Assembly (NCBI GenBank): GCA_964252035.1
Contig: OZ176208.1
Length of the DNA stretch: 64,000 nucleotides
Origin: Podarcis erhardii
Taxonomy: Eukaryota
Reading direction: 5' to 3' (one strand)
Of this stretch, positions 1-12,502 are shown piece by piece. The notes beneath the pieces are model-generated. The model was not told where the DNA came from. It ran no database searches and was given only the letters and a program-made list of their open reading frames with translations. A program made the position numbers and the translations under genes. Position 1 is the stretch's first letter; each line of letters begins with the position of its first letter.

Positions 1-295
1 ACCAGGTGAAAGTGCAGTCCATAACACACACACACCTCAAGTTGCATCAGGGCCTCGTGGACTTGTGTTGCTCTGTCGCTCTGCTTCTCCTGTACTTTTG
101 TGCTCAAATCCTGCAGGTTTTGTGTTCAAATCCTGTGGGTTTCCCACTTACTGGGCAATAACATCTCCTCTTTTAGAAGCCAGTGTATCTGCTCTTTGTG
201 TTAAAGATCTGCTAGGAAAATGTAACCATCCCCATGTGCATTATCAACAGCTCAAAAGCTGCTGGGTGTAAAATGGCAAGCAGGATGCGTTAGTA

Positions 296-395
296 CAGGG
301 ATAGGGAACTAGTGGCTATCCAGATGTTGTTGGACTCCAACTCCCATCAGTTATGCCCAGGGTTCAGGAATGATGGGATCTGTAGTCTAGCACTA
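296..395. mobile_element. Degenerate hAT-type MITE (same family as 14985-15123)
   Basis: CAGGG start followed by CCAGATGTTGTTGGACTCCAACTCCCATCA...TGATGGGATCTGTAGTC internal palindrome; right TIR missing. Confidence 0.55.
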
Positions 396-795
396 TCAGT
401 TCTAGAGACTATGGAAAGGGAGCTGAAACCTGGACAATAGCAACTCTAGCAACTCAGACAAGGCATTGGAACAAAAAAAAAGATAGTGATTTATCAGAAG
501 CAGGTGCCAGAGCATGAGAGTAGTCCCAGTAAAGAGGGACAGCTAAAATATAATTCAAGAATATATCAGAATAGAAAATACCCCAATGTAGCTGCCATTT
601 TGCTTTGCTGTAGCTGTCAACAGTGGCTGCAGATTGGGGAGATACACCTGTAGTGATGTAGCAATGGTTAGGCTTCAGTACCACCTTGGAACCAAAGTTC
701 AAATCACCCATCCTCTGTAAAGCAAACTAGGTAGTTCTCTATAAGATATTTTCAGGTTACTTAGAATAAGGATACGATGCAGATGTAACATTGAA

Positions 796-826
796 TGGGT
801 GGATGGATGGATAGATGGATAGATGG
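796..826. repeat. (GGAT/AGAT)n microsatellite
   Basis: Direct reading: tgggtggatggatggatagatggatagatgg. Confidence 0.85.
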
Positions 827-1085
827 ACCCATCAAGGTATGAATAAATAAAGCCTGTAAACCAAGCCCCATAACTTGCAATCCACAAAGTTCTTGAATGC
901 AACCCACCAAGAGTTTGATCAACCTGCTTTTGCTGCCTTCCTGGGTGTAAAAAAAAAAAAAAGGCAAAGCGAGATTTATTGGCTGGTGGGCTGTTTCCTG
1001 ATTGGTAAAGTCCTACGTTGTGCAGGCCAGATATAATGTTTATGCTTGGTCTTATCCCAAGAGGCTGAAAGCTCATTTGACTTAC

Positions 1086-1152
1086 CTTGTAAAACGAATG
1101 ATGGTTTAGAAACAACTGGAGATCTGTAATTGTACCTGCTTCAGTGTGCAAT
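1086..1152 (-). other. Candidate 67-nt exon of an unidentified gene
   Basis: Minus strand: aatttattttacag acceptor and perfect AAG|GTAAGT donor; only one open frame (LHTEAGTITDLQLFLNHHSFYK), peptide not recognised. Confidence 0.3.
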
Positions 1153-1492
1153 CTGTAAAATAAATTTAATTGCCACAACCGCAAATAAAGTTACTTCATC
1201 CTTAAGACGTTGAGTGGCTTCCATGCAGATATATTGAGGGAAGTTGCATGTGTGATTTGGGCCTTTTCTGGTTTCTTGGCAATTTACTCCAAACAACCAG
1301 CAAGTCATGGCAAGTGACTGCACTTCTTAACCCACCATCATTGTCTCATTTTCTTTCATACGTTGGGACCACAGAGATAATAGTTTCTCTTTTGTGCAGA
1401 GAAAAAAAAATATCCACATAACCAAAAGAATTATATTTGGTACCCATTATTTGAAAATGACACCTGAAAATAAATTGTGTTGTGCATTTCAG

Positions 1493-1614
1493 ATGACAGC
1501 CTCCTTCAAAATGACTGCTCACTTTCTATCCAGCTCATGGTCTCATTCCTGGAAGCAGGAATAGAGACAGAAAAGGAGCTTGTAGTTGTAGCACACAATA
1601 ATACTTCTTTGCAG
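1493..1614 (+). other. Candidate 122-nt exon of an unidentified gene
   Basis: tgcatttcag acceptor, CAG|gtatcc donor, one open frame DSLLQNDCSLSIQLMVSFLEAGIETEKELVVVAHNNTSLQ; not recognised. Confidence 0.2.
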
Positions 1615-2809
1615 GTATCCACCGGATTTCTGTAGGTTAGAAGTATGTCATGGACTGGTCTTTCCATTTCAAAATGTTATCCAGGGGGATGAAAAATGTG
1701 GCGTTGCAGATAAGTGATTTTACCAGAGCCATTTGTGATGGAAAGGCTTTGAAAGAAGGACACAGAAAGGGTAAGCACCTTTGATTACCTTACATACGAA
1801 GTTCCCTATGTATCCCTGAGGATACATGCAAAGAGAGTCATCATCTTAATTAAAGTACCATTTTATTTTATTTTTTAAAAAGGCTACTCCTGGAGATCAA
1901 CATCGTTTTTTTAAAAGGTTAACTCTGTGCCACCAGCTGAGCTTGGCAGAAAGCCAACAAGCTGCACCATTTCTGACTGCCTTCTAAACCACCTTGCAGG
2001 AAGGAACATTCAGTCCTTGGGTTCTGTGAGGACAGCTGCAGCCAGCTGCACTGAAGAGAAACATGGTCTGCAACAGGCTATGAATTACAAGCCAGATGAT
2101 CCTTTTCCATCAGAAATGGTTAGAAGCAGCTGCCATGTAGCCCTGCTGAGGGAAAGTTTCCACTGAGAGACAGACAGAAGGTATCCCAAAATGTGTTAGT
2201 AGAATTAGGATCTTTCAGCTGGACCTTCACTGACCCTTAATAAAAAAAAACAAAAACAAAGCATTCCTTTTTTATTATATCCTAAAATATCTCACTGTTT
2301 GCTCACAAGGCAAAAATAAAAAAGCATTCTTCTATCCTGCTATGTGTATATTTTGAAAATGCAGCAGAGGCACGCAAGTCAGACCCAATTCCCATGGCTG
2401 TTACAGCATCTGAATCATTTGCTGAAATGGATCCTATAATTCAGTGCACAACACAAAGAATTTAATATGAACAAGTAGGTTCCAAGCCCTCCAGGCTGTA
2501 AGCCTAGGTTTGAAAAGTTATAAAATAGCAAAAAGCAGCAAATATCCAGTCTTAAGGGGACATGAAAAACACATTTATTTAACTTAAAATATATATATAG
2601 GGGAGGACATCAACCAGCCAGGAGGGAAATCTGGACAGCAGCAAGAAGAGGAGTAAGAGTGATTGTCCTCTGTCCTGGTGCCAAGAACTTGGCATCTCCT
2701 TCACCGCTGGCAACAAACCCATGTCCCTCAGAGAAGTGCAGGCCTCTAAGACTGGTCTCAGAGGGAGAAAGAATCTCATGAGTGAGTGCACCATTTTCTT
2801 TTCCCCCCA

Positions 2810-3540
2810 TTAAATAAATTATTGAAGTTTTTTCATAATGCAAAATGATAAAAAATAAACTAATCTAAATGAAAACAGAAAGAAACCACAAGAGAAACAG
2901 AAAATGAAATGAAAAGTCTTCTCTCAAAAGTATTTGTTAGCCCTTATCCCACACAGAAAGGGGTGGACCCTCCCAGCTCTCACCTGGGAGCTTCACTTTC
3001 TTATCCCAGCCTCCAACCCTGGGAGCTCTTTCCTTCATCTCTCAAACAAGGTCCTTTAGCAACCATTCATCACCGTCATGTGTGTATAATCCCAATAGTG
3101 ATCCAGAGTAGAGGACACCAAAAAAGCAAAGAAAGAAAAGAAGGAAGATAAAAACAAAAAAAGAATGAAATAACAAAAGAAAAGGGGAGATAAAATGGAT
3201 ACTCTGTCTGTCAGTTACATATAAAAAGATTATTCAAAGTCCAGGATGACATCCAACTCTTCCTCCTTTGCCAAAGCTCTATTTTCTCAATCTTCAGATC
3301 CAAGCATCTCAAATTCATTCATTTCCCCCCTTCACACAGAAAATTCAAAAGTAGTTCTCCAATTACTATTGATAAATGTCAAAATAATCTTCCTCAAGTC
3401 CAACATAACAACTTTACCTCCAATAACTTTAACAAACATTCCTCCGTGTTGGAAAATAATAAATCCTTTCATCTTTGTTCACAGTGTGGTCATATATTAA
3501 AACAATAATCCATAGTTATTTGCTTAATATATATCCCGTA
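2810..3540 (-). mobile_element. L1 LINE 3' fragment (degenerate ORF2 C-terminus plus 3'UTR)
   Basis: Minus-strand translation YMTT...QR*KDLLFSNTEECLLKLLE...LLNFL...FEMLGSED* resembles the squamate L1 ORF2 end (compare 20625 copy); pyrimidine-rich 3'UTR follows. Confidence 0.6.
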
Positions 3541-3810
3541 ACTCACACCCAGTTCCGTATCTTCTGGTCCCATTTCATGTTGGCCATGCGTTGGACAAAG
3601 AAGGGCTGAAGGTGAAAGAAAGGGCCTTCTTTAAGTACATGGACTTCTCTCATGACATAGAACCCTCTGCAACCACAGGAAGAGCCTACACAGGTAGGGA
3701 GAGCTCCCCTCTTCAGCTCTTCACACAGAGAGGCAGCAGGGAGTGGGGTCCACATAAATAGTATGGCAAAAGTGGGCCAGTTGACTTCTTGCTCCAGGCA
3801 ATTAACAGCC

Positions 3811-3915
3811 AGTGTTGGACTAGGACCTGGGAAACCAGGGTTCTAATCCCCACTCAACCATGAAGCTTACTGGATGCCCTTGGGCCAATCATTGCCCCTC
3901 AGCCTAATCTATGAA
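3811..3915 (+). mobile_element. Old tRNA-derived SINE remnant (Squam3-like)
   Basis: B-box-like GGTTCTAATCCCC followed by ccatgaagcttactggatgcccttgggccaatc...ctcagcct core. Confidence 0.55.
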
Positions 3916-5798
3916 GATAATTCCTGACCGGGGTTTAAGAGTCACCCACAATTATTGGCTGGTCAGCTGATGATCCTTGCTGCTACACTATGAAGGTTTT
4001 GTTTTGTTTTTTTGTCAGTCAGCAATAGTCTGATAAAATGTGTTATTTGAATTGCACGGGAATGTAGACATTTATCAACATCAAGAGGAAGATGTTAAAA
4101 ATTATATAGGGAAGGGGTGCAGAGAAGGGTTCGCTTTGAATAATAAAAAAAGAAATGCTTCATTACATTGAGCATCCAGTGATACAGTGAAACATTAATA
4201 TGCCAAAATGGAAAGTCATGTGAATGGGTGGTAGTAGTGGCTTATGGTAATTATCATTTATTTTGAGAGATAAGCTCCTTATACATGGTATGTTTGGTTT
4301 GGATTATCAGGGGCAGACATCGAGCAACTGTCCACAGTTTGACCTTGACATGAGGAACTGACCTTTGCTTTGGAAGGGAGGCATTAACAGATATTGCCTA
4401 AAGAAAACCATCGGCCAAAGCACCAGCTGCTCCAGAAGTTGCTCGGGGCAACAGACTGGTACTTAGAAAAACACTGCTGGGAATTGGCTTAAGGAGATTG
4501 GCAGCTGGAGGGAGGGGGGAAGATATCCCAATGGTAGTTAGAATACTTCGTGGGGGCAGGAGATGAGGGCTTAGGTATTTTGCAGATATGATTTGGTTTG
4601 GAAAGATGTTGCATACACTGGGCAAAATTCGAGAAGAAAGAGACAAGCAGTTCAGAGCACGGTTTTGATCTTGAGTCCCTTTCTTTATTCTTGGCTTCCA
4701 AACCTGATCATTATATAATTGATCAACTTACTTGGCCGGTTTTCAATCATCTGCCCAGGATATTATCCATCATGCATTCATTAGAAAAGGTCACAAATGC
4801 TTTCTTTTCTTTTCTTTTCCTTTTCAGGCCCTTGCCATTGTTGATGCCTGGTTCATAATTGTACGCTATGGATGTGGCTAACAAATTTTAATCCTGATTG
4901 AAAACAGCCAATGCAAGATATTCAATTATGGCTGTGTATGTTAGGGAGATTGTGTAATCCTTAGTATATTTTTCTACAAATCTAATAGAAAATGCATTTG
5001 ATGGCAAATGAAGTGGCGTATATTAAGTACAGATGGCATTGTGCTCTGGAAAGGGCTGAGTTAAAGTGAGCAGATCTCGGACTGACAACCCCTTTTTTCT
5101 GGCACATTTGGTGTCAAACTTTGTTTTGTCAAACCTGATTACGTATTTTTGGCTACAGAGTCCAAGCATATGCTCCAGCCTGATTTCAGAAGAATATTGC
5201 TCCTTATTTCTGCAACAGATTCAGAAATAATGTTGTTTTCATGCTTACTTTGAGCAACTGTTGAGACCATACGGATTCAACGAGGCAGCAGAGCTGAGCA
5301 GTAGCTTAACAGCCTGACTCATCCTGGCTTGTCATTTCACTGCACTCTGTCAAGCTGCTTTAAACCATGTGTTTTGTTTTCAAAGAGGTTAGCTTGAGGT
5401 TCAGATGCTGCAAGACCATAAAGTATCTAAGCTGGAGTAGGAGCTTATGACTGCAAATTAAAAGTGCAGCTTTACTGTAAAACACTTGTCCAGATGGTGG
5501 TCATTGAGAGGGCGGGGAGGGCCGTTTCAGAATTCTTGTTCCCCAGAAATGCAAGATGTTTTCAGCTCACTTTCATATTGTTGTTTACATGACGGTTAGG
5601 TAATGTCCTGGGATCAGCGCAAAATGGACAGTCTACAATGATGCTGCAGCGAAACAGGGCCTCTGCTTTTTCTCAATATATTCACCAATCTCATTGTATA
5701 GAATTGAATCAAATGCGCAGAATCTGAATTTGGTGGAATCCTTTCTCTTCACCACCATTTCTGAGTCCAGGCAGGATAATCACATGATTGTTCCCTTA

Positions 5799-5803
<5 letters not shown>

Positions 5804-5833
<30 letters not shown>
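5804..5833. repeat. (GT)15 microsatellite
   Basis: Direct reading. Confidence 0.95.
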
Positions 5834-5837
<4 letters not shown>

Positions 5838-6163
5838 ATACACTCCTTGCAAGTAGAAAGTTAGCATGTCAAGAAGGCAGGCTAGGTTAAGCATTCTTTC
5901 CTCCTGACAAGATAGTTTTGTGTATGACTGAGGGGTGGGTTTTTTTCATTGGGGTAGGGGTAATTCAGACAAAACATTTTCTTGTTTGAGGTGGACAAGA
6001 TGGCACCTCCTCCCTGTTCTACATACAGAAGCATCAGAAGTGATGCTTCACCACACCTGAGGCAGATTAGGATACCCAGGACAGGCAACAGAGCAGGATG
6101 CTGTGACAGAGCAAAGATGGGCATTTTTTTGCCCCGTCCTGTGGCAGTAGTGAGTTGGCTGTA

Positions 6164-6405
6164 AGTGTGGTGTAGTGGTTAAGAGCGGTAGACTCGTAAT
6201 CTGGGGAACTGGGTTTGCATCTCCGCTCCTCCACATGCAGCTGCTGGGTGACCTTGGGCCAGTCACACTTCTCTGAAGTCTCTCAGTCTCACTCACCTCA
6301 CAGAGTGTTTGTTGTGGGGGAGGAAGGGAAAGGAGAATGTTAGCCGCTTTGAGACTCCTTCAGGTAGTGATAAAGAGGGATGTCAAATCCAAACTCTTCT
6401 TCTTC
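6164..6405 (+). mobile_element. tRNA-derived SINE, Squam3-like, near full length
   Basis: A-box TGGTGTAGTGG, B-box-like GGTTTGCATCTCC, body shared with the 57312-57423 copy, (CTT)n tail. Confidence 0.85.
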
Positions 6406-7551
6406 ACACCAGAGCATGGACAAGAAGAAAACGATTCCTACCTTGGCCCCAGGCATCACTGCTATTCCTCCTTCCATCGCAGTACCGGCAGAGAAGGCAG
6501 TGGGGGAAGGTACGAGGGGAGAAGGAAGTGTGAGCAAGCAGGGGTGTGCAAGGAAGGGAACAAGCGGGCAAGTGTCAGGGGCAGCGGGAGGGTGGGATGG
6601 TGCCCTGATTTGCCCTCTTGAAATATTGGACAAATGAATGCTGTAATGCAAAAAGTTGTATGGGCAAAGACTCCTTTGCTACACACAAATACACATGATA
6701 TCCGTAAGCATTTTGACAATCACAGGTATTTCAGTGACTTGATAATATCTCTCCCTTTATAATAATGTCCTCCAGCCATTGTTTTGAAGGGAGTGGACAT
6801 GTTGTAACCGACAACCTATTTTTAATATGACAGCTCTCTGCCACTCTGCCTGTTGTGGAAAGAATGCCTCCTTGAAATATAATCAGGCTGAAATAACTTC
6901 TCTTATTATTTCTCTAAAGTGTAATTCATTTTGTCACTGAATGCTTAGGAAGGAGAGGCTTGGAAGAACAAGGGCGGCTTTGTTGTTACAAAAGCGAGAA
7001 AGTGCCAGTTTTGGTGTGGTAATATAGAGCGCATCTTCTGTAACACCTTCTAGACCATGTAAGCTGTATATTTCCCCCATTAGGTCCAGAGGCATCTTCT
7101 GAATCTACTGTGTCAGCTGCTGAAAGGCATAAAAGGTTTAGCTCGAACTTAACTTTGCAGCCCACTACACTGCGTGCAGAAAAGCAGAAATGTATGAACT
7201 TAATGGACGGTGTTTGGTGTAATTCACATGTTTAATGAAATGCATCTAGCAGTGCTCTCCCACTGAGCGAGTTAATCTTTTGTTTCAATATAAATTACAT
7301 TTGGCTGTTAGTCCTGAAATAACTGCTGAAATCTGGGGCAGAGTTTGACTAAATGGAGTAGGCAGACAGCTCACCTAAGTGAAATTGTTCATAAGCATAG
7401 AACCTAGAAGGTCAGATTTCAGGCTTCCTGCCCAGGCCTCAGCTTTTCTTCCTAGGCTTTAGAAGTAGAAAGTTTCAGCAGAAGCAACTGGAAAGCTTTT
7501 AGGAATAAGAAATGGGTCTCTTAACAGCTGCTTTCTATGCTTCAATACAAC

Positions 7552-7975
7552 TAGGGGTGGGCAAATGTGTAAAATTTGGTTCCTTTTATTTTTACATTTT
7601 CCCAGTGTTAAGTTTAGTCCTCCACGCCAGTTTGCATTTTCAAAAACAGAAAAGAAAGAAAACGCTTCATGAAAATTCATCAGCAATTTAGTGCAAATTT
7701 CTCCTAGTACACACATTTTTGTATCAGCAATTTTCTGTAACAGAGTGTATTTCTGAGTTTGGATTTCTGAGTGCTATTTTCACTAATATTTGCATTTTAG
7801 TCTACACTTTACACTCATACATGCATTTTTGTACACATTACTCAGCTGGAGAACAGCACTGCAAAATTCAGAGAATGTGAATTTTTGAAGGATAAGTTTG
7901 TTTTGGAAAGCACAATTTGATAAGTTTGAATTTAAATGCAAACTGCATAATATCCCGCCCACCCCCCAATCCCTA
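7552..7975. mobile_element. Non-autonomous DNA transposon (hAT-like, TAGGG...CCCTA termini)
   Basis: Termini taggggtgg / caatcccta; flanking 8-mers aatacaac / actacaat match 6/8. Confidence 0.55.
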
Positions 7976-8746
7976 ACTACAATGGTTCACATTTTATGCA
8001 AAATGGCATGCATAAAAGGGTACTGAAGCAAATAGGGTTGTACATGACAGCTGGTTATCCTAATCCTGCAAAATTGGATGAGTAGCATTTGCGAACATAA
8101 AAGCAGGAAATGGGAGCTGTCTTGCCTCCAAATCACTTCCGGATCCAGTCTAAGAAGGAACCACAAAAACACAACTGACCCTACTGTGGATGAAATCATC
8201 TTCATCATCTGTTTATTTGCATGCCACTTTTCCACAATGTAGCTCCAACATATCAAGCGAACAATTAAGTATAACAACTCAAAATATTTATATTAGAAAC
8301 AATTAGAAATCATAATTATATTAATAAAAATAAAATCAATCCAGTTGATTTTTATTTTACTTTATTCTGTTTTCCATTGAATACATGGAATTTATTTATA
8401 GTTCATTCCATTTTCACGATTTTTCTCTAACTGTTAAAATCTGCATTATATTTGAGCTTTCACATGGAGAAAAAGCCATGTGGAATACAGTGCAAGTTTA
8501 GGGCTTGTTTCTGTGTTCTTTGTTTCCAGAAAACATCCATTTGCAAATAACATGGAAGTGATAAACACACACTCTATTCCACTGTAGTTCTGAAAGGTGC
8601 TTTTAAATGGGACTTTCTCTAGGCATGTAAATATTGTTTTTCTGGTTTGCTTCATGCTTGTTATTTTATTTCTTGCATTTCATGCAGAACTACTAATCCA
8701 GAGTACTTCTTTATGCACTGCTGAGTAATTGGAGAAGATAGCATTA

Positions 8747-8942
8747 TTTCTGACAGTAAGAGCTGTTCAACGATGGAACAGACTCCCACGAGAGGTGGTG
8801 AAGTCTCCTTCCTTGGAGGTTTTTAAACAGAAGTTGGATGGCCATCTGTCATGTACGATCTAGCTGAGATTCCTGCATTGCAGGGGTTTGGACTAGATGA
8901 CCCTCAGGGTCTCTTCCAACTCTATAATTCCATGATTCTATG
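8747..8942 (+). mobile_element. CR1 LINE 3' end
   Basis: Typical CR1 3' sequence ending in ATTCCATG-ATTCTATG octamer tail; near-identical to 24500-24713 and 31680-31869. Confidence 0.9.
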
Positions 8943-10306
8943 CTAAGGAAATGGATATGAATGCATTTCCAACGTTGGTGGGAAGGAATATATCTGGACC
9001 CACCAGCCTTGCCAGCAACTAAATTAATGTTTTGGCAGGGGAGGACAGTAGTACATTGAAGCCAGATTTCACTTTCCATTCTTCAAATTCCCTACACCCC
9101 TCAGCGAGAAGTATAACCTTTAATCGATCAAGCAATCAATCAATTTCCTGATTTCTAAATCATGTGCTCTGCCATAAAACAGCAGCTTGATGCTTGATGC
9201 TAATTCATACATTTCTTCTGTTGTTGCATTTCTGCACAAGCACTGGCTGACAAATCCTGGCAGCTTTGGGTAGAACAAAAATATGCTTCCCATGATATGA
9301 TGAGTAATGACACAAATTACTGTAAGCTTGGCTGTGCAAGTAGCTTATGGTCCATAGCAAGGGACATTAGACAGAATAAAAGGTTGTTCTAATTACAGCT
9401 GACCTTCACAATTACTTTTGCATTCCTTCTGCAGTCATCTCCACGTTTATGCCATTCAAACACAGTCTTTGGACAAATGCATAAAGTTAACACATTCTCC
9501 TCTTTCCTGTTTCTTTTCAAGACATGCTCCCACCATGACACCTGTGAAATATCACTTGACTAATAGGGATTAGAATGAGTGGCATGTGCAGAGAGCTGGC
9601 ATTTATTTAGTCATTCAGGGGAGAGAGAAAACATATTTATGACATTTCAGGGCTGTCAAGTTGTTCAGAGCGCAAGCTGATAGTGTTATCTTGTCCTTCA
9701 TTTCAGTTTCTCCTTTATGGTTTGTTGCCTTCCATTGTTTCAAGGTAGAATTCACTCTTGCGGAGTCAGATATTGTCGTCCCCCCACCCTAATACTACAG
9801 CATGTAGTTACACACTGCACTTGCTATTATAGCTTCCTCCTTTACAATAATTGGAATACAAATATTAGCAATATTGCCATATTTGTCCACTGTTCTTTTA
9901 CACACTGCTAGGTTACCTTCTTACCAGAGTAGGCCACAACAGCAGCACTATTACTTTAAAAGAGAAGGATTTAAAAGATTTAAGTGATTTTCTCTGCTCC
10001 TCAAGCTAGGTTGGTCCACTACAATTCAGAGTAATCATCTGTTTTCTTCATTAGAATGCCCTGTGGCAGTCATTTCCTAGAAGTTATTTCAGATGCATTA
10101 GAATAGGATGAGTCAGGTTCCCAAATGCAAGGGGGAGCGGCATTGATCAATAATGAGCATTTGTCTCATCCACGAGGTGCTAAAGATGAAAATTCAACAA
10201 GGGAGACAATTTTAAGAAGAAGGAAAGAAGTTTGCAGTTTCAAGACAAAAACAGATGTCCATTGGAATCATGGTAGAGAAAAATGCTTGTAGCAATCCTA
10301 GCACAT

Positions 10307-10613
10307 GGTAAAGGTAAAGGTAAAGGTACCCCTAAAGGTACCCCTGACCATCAGGTCCAGTCGTGGACGACTCTGGGGTTACGTGCTTATCTCGCTCTAT
10401 AGGCCGAGGGAGCTGGCGTTTGTCTGCAGACAGCTTCTGGGTCATGTGGCCAGCATGACTAAGCTGCTTCTGGTGAACCAGAGCAGTGCACGGAAATGCC
10501 ATTTACCTTCCCGCCGGAGTGGTACCTATTTATCTACTTGCACTTTGACGTGCTTTCAAACTGCTAGGTTGGCAGGGACCGAGCAACGGGAGCTCACCCT
10601 GTCGTGGGGATTC
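10307..10613 (-). mobile_element. Sauria SINE, 5' (tRNA) end missing
   Basis: (ACCTTT)n tail read as ggtaaaggtaaagg; body co-linear with the full copy at 60020-60380; stops inside the B-box. Confidence 0.92.
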
Positions 10614-10777
10614 CCAGAGTGGTTTAACCATCAGCACCTCTTCCCTGGGAACTAGGGAAACTGCAACTCTGGGAGCGGAATAGGGGTGTCCAAACAACAG
10701 TTCCCAGGATTCTCTGGGAGAAGCCATGACTATTAAAGTGGCATCACAGCGTTTCAAATGTTTCATGTGGCTGTAGC
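10610..10777. mobile_element. Right half of a palindromic MITE
   Basis: ...ttcccaggattctctgggagaagccatgactattaaagtgg is the reverse complement of ccactttaaatagtcatggcttcccccaaagaatcctggga at ~42735-42775. Confidence 0.7.
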
Positions 10778-12200
10778 GTATGTGCTGCACTCAGGTGAGG
10801 TGAGCACACTGTTTCATCTCCACCGTGGAACTAAAACACAACTGTCAGTTAACTTCTCACATGGAACAGAAGACACCATCACCCTTTGCCCTCAGGCAGC
10901 AAAATGGCCACCCCTGTCTTTCTCCATCAGCTCTGGCTCTGGCCTTTCACATTGCCACAGCTCCTGGCGGCTGATGCCTGGCTCCCCTTCAACTGCTGCA
11001 AATGGCTCAGCTCTGACCGGATATAAGCTAGCAGTTGTAAGGTGGCCACAATTGGGGGGTGGGGTAGAGCTCAGTTAGAAAGAACTCACCCAAAAGAGCA
11101 CCTGTTCTTTTATAGCTGCTTTTTCCAAAGAATACCACGGACCTCAATGCTCTTTTCACATCCCATGTCAGATTTTAACATGGCCTGCTTGACTACTGCT
11201 ACAATTCAATAGATTCCCGAGTGTGTACCATGCACAAGGCACAGGCCACTTCCTTTGTACTGAATTTGACCACGCAGTATCCCTTTCCCCCCACCATGAC
11301 CGCAGCGCACGTTTTAGTCTTCTGCACATATCAAAACCCACCCTTAATACAGAAGGTTATAATAAAGCCCAACTATGTATTGTTTTGAATGAGCCTTTTG
11401 GTTGCTGTTTTTTTTCCCCCAGGTAGGATATTATTTAGCTCCTGATCAGTGCAGCATGAATTCCTTTCTCACCACACCCAAGGTCATTTTAATGAAAATT
11501 CCAAAGCCCATGCCAAGAGGATAGAATTGCTCTTAATCCTTTAGCAGCGTGTCATTTGATCCCCAGGCCCACTGGAGTTGTAATTGTGTGTCTGCAGAGC
11601 ACAGCAAGTCAAAGCAGAAGGAGATAAATGGCTACGGAGACAAGAGAGCATTTACCTTTCTTTCCAAATATTCCTAGGCCTAAGCAGTGAGTGGGCGTGA
11701 GAGTGAGTGAGTGAGTGAGTGAGTGTATGTGTTTGTTTGCAGCAAAAACTGGAGACCCTCCTGCAGAAATGGAACTGGCTTCTACTCACATATGGGGTAT
11801 CTGTGCCAGGCGTTTCCTTTATTCAGAATAACTAATTCGGACTGTCAGCATGGAGAAACCATTTTTTTAAGAGTCTCATCTGCTGAGAAATCTAAGCAAT
11901 TGTTAACTGTGCCATGCAAGTCGGAAATGTGATAGTAGCAGAAATATAATAAATAAACAAGGTCTTCCATGGAACATGGCATCTGCTAGAGCAAGCAAAG
12001 TCATTGAATCGTAATATCCACATTAACAAACATCTTTTATCCTAACGTGAATTTTAATGCCTCATGGTATGTTTGTTTTGACTTGCAAACAATATTTGGA
12101 GAGGCAAAAAATCTGAAGGATAGTTGTGTTCTAATCAACACATTAGACCAAGAGGTACAGCTCATAGAAATTGAATTCTTCAATGTATCTCTGACTATTA

Positions 12201-12502
12201 CATACGTTCCAACATTTCTCCAATGAAAATAGGGACGTCCCATTCCATAATGATAATCTTACTATATCCCTTACATCTTACTGGGTTGCCCTAGCCACTC
12301 TGGGCTGCTTCCAACATATATAAAAAAACATAATAAAACAGGATTGCCTTCAGACGGTTCAGGGGTCAGATAACTCCATACTCTCCAACATTTTTCCAGT
12401 GAAAACAGGGACACCCTAAGGAAAAGTGGGACATCCCAGGATCAAATCAGGAACCGGGACAGCTTCTCTAAATCAGGGAAATAGGGACACTTGGAGGGTC
12501 TG
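12201..12502. mobile_element. Non-autonomous hAT-like element with GGGAC subterminal repeats and an internal antisense L2 3' end
   Basis: Imperfect TIR catacgttccaa / ttggagggtctg; 6-bp TSD ctatta/ctattg; second copy at 45210-45770. Confidence 0.8.

Noticed and set aside
1789-1815. 27-nt minus-strand microexon candidate (GYIGNFVCK)
   Set aside because: Moderate splice sites, phase incompatible with the 1086-1152 candidate, no recognisable homolog
4330-4860. Several overlapping 70-86 aa ORFs, considered as a LINE or DIRS remnant
   Set aside because: No convincing endonuclease, RT, RNase H or recombinase motif in any frame
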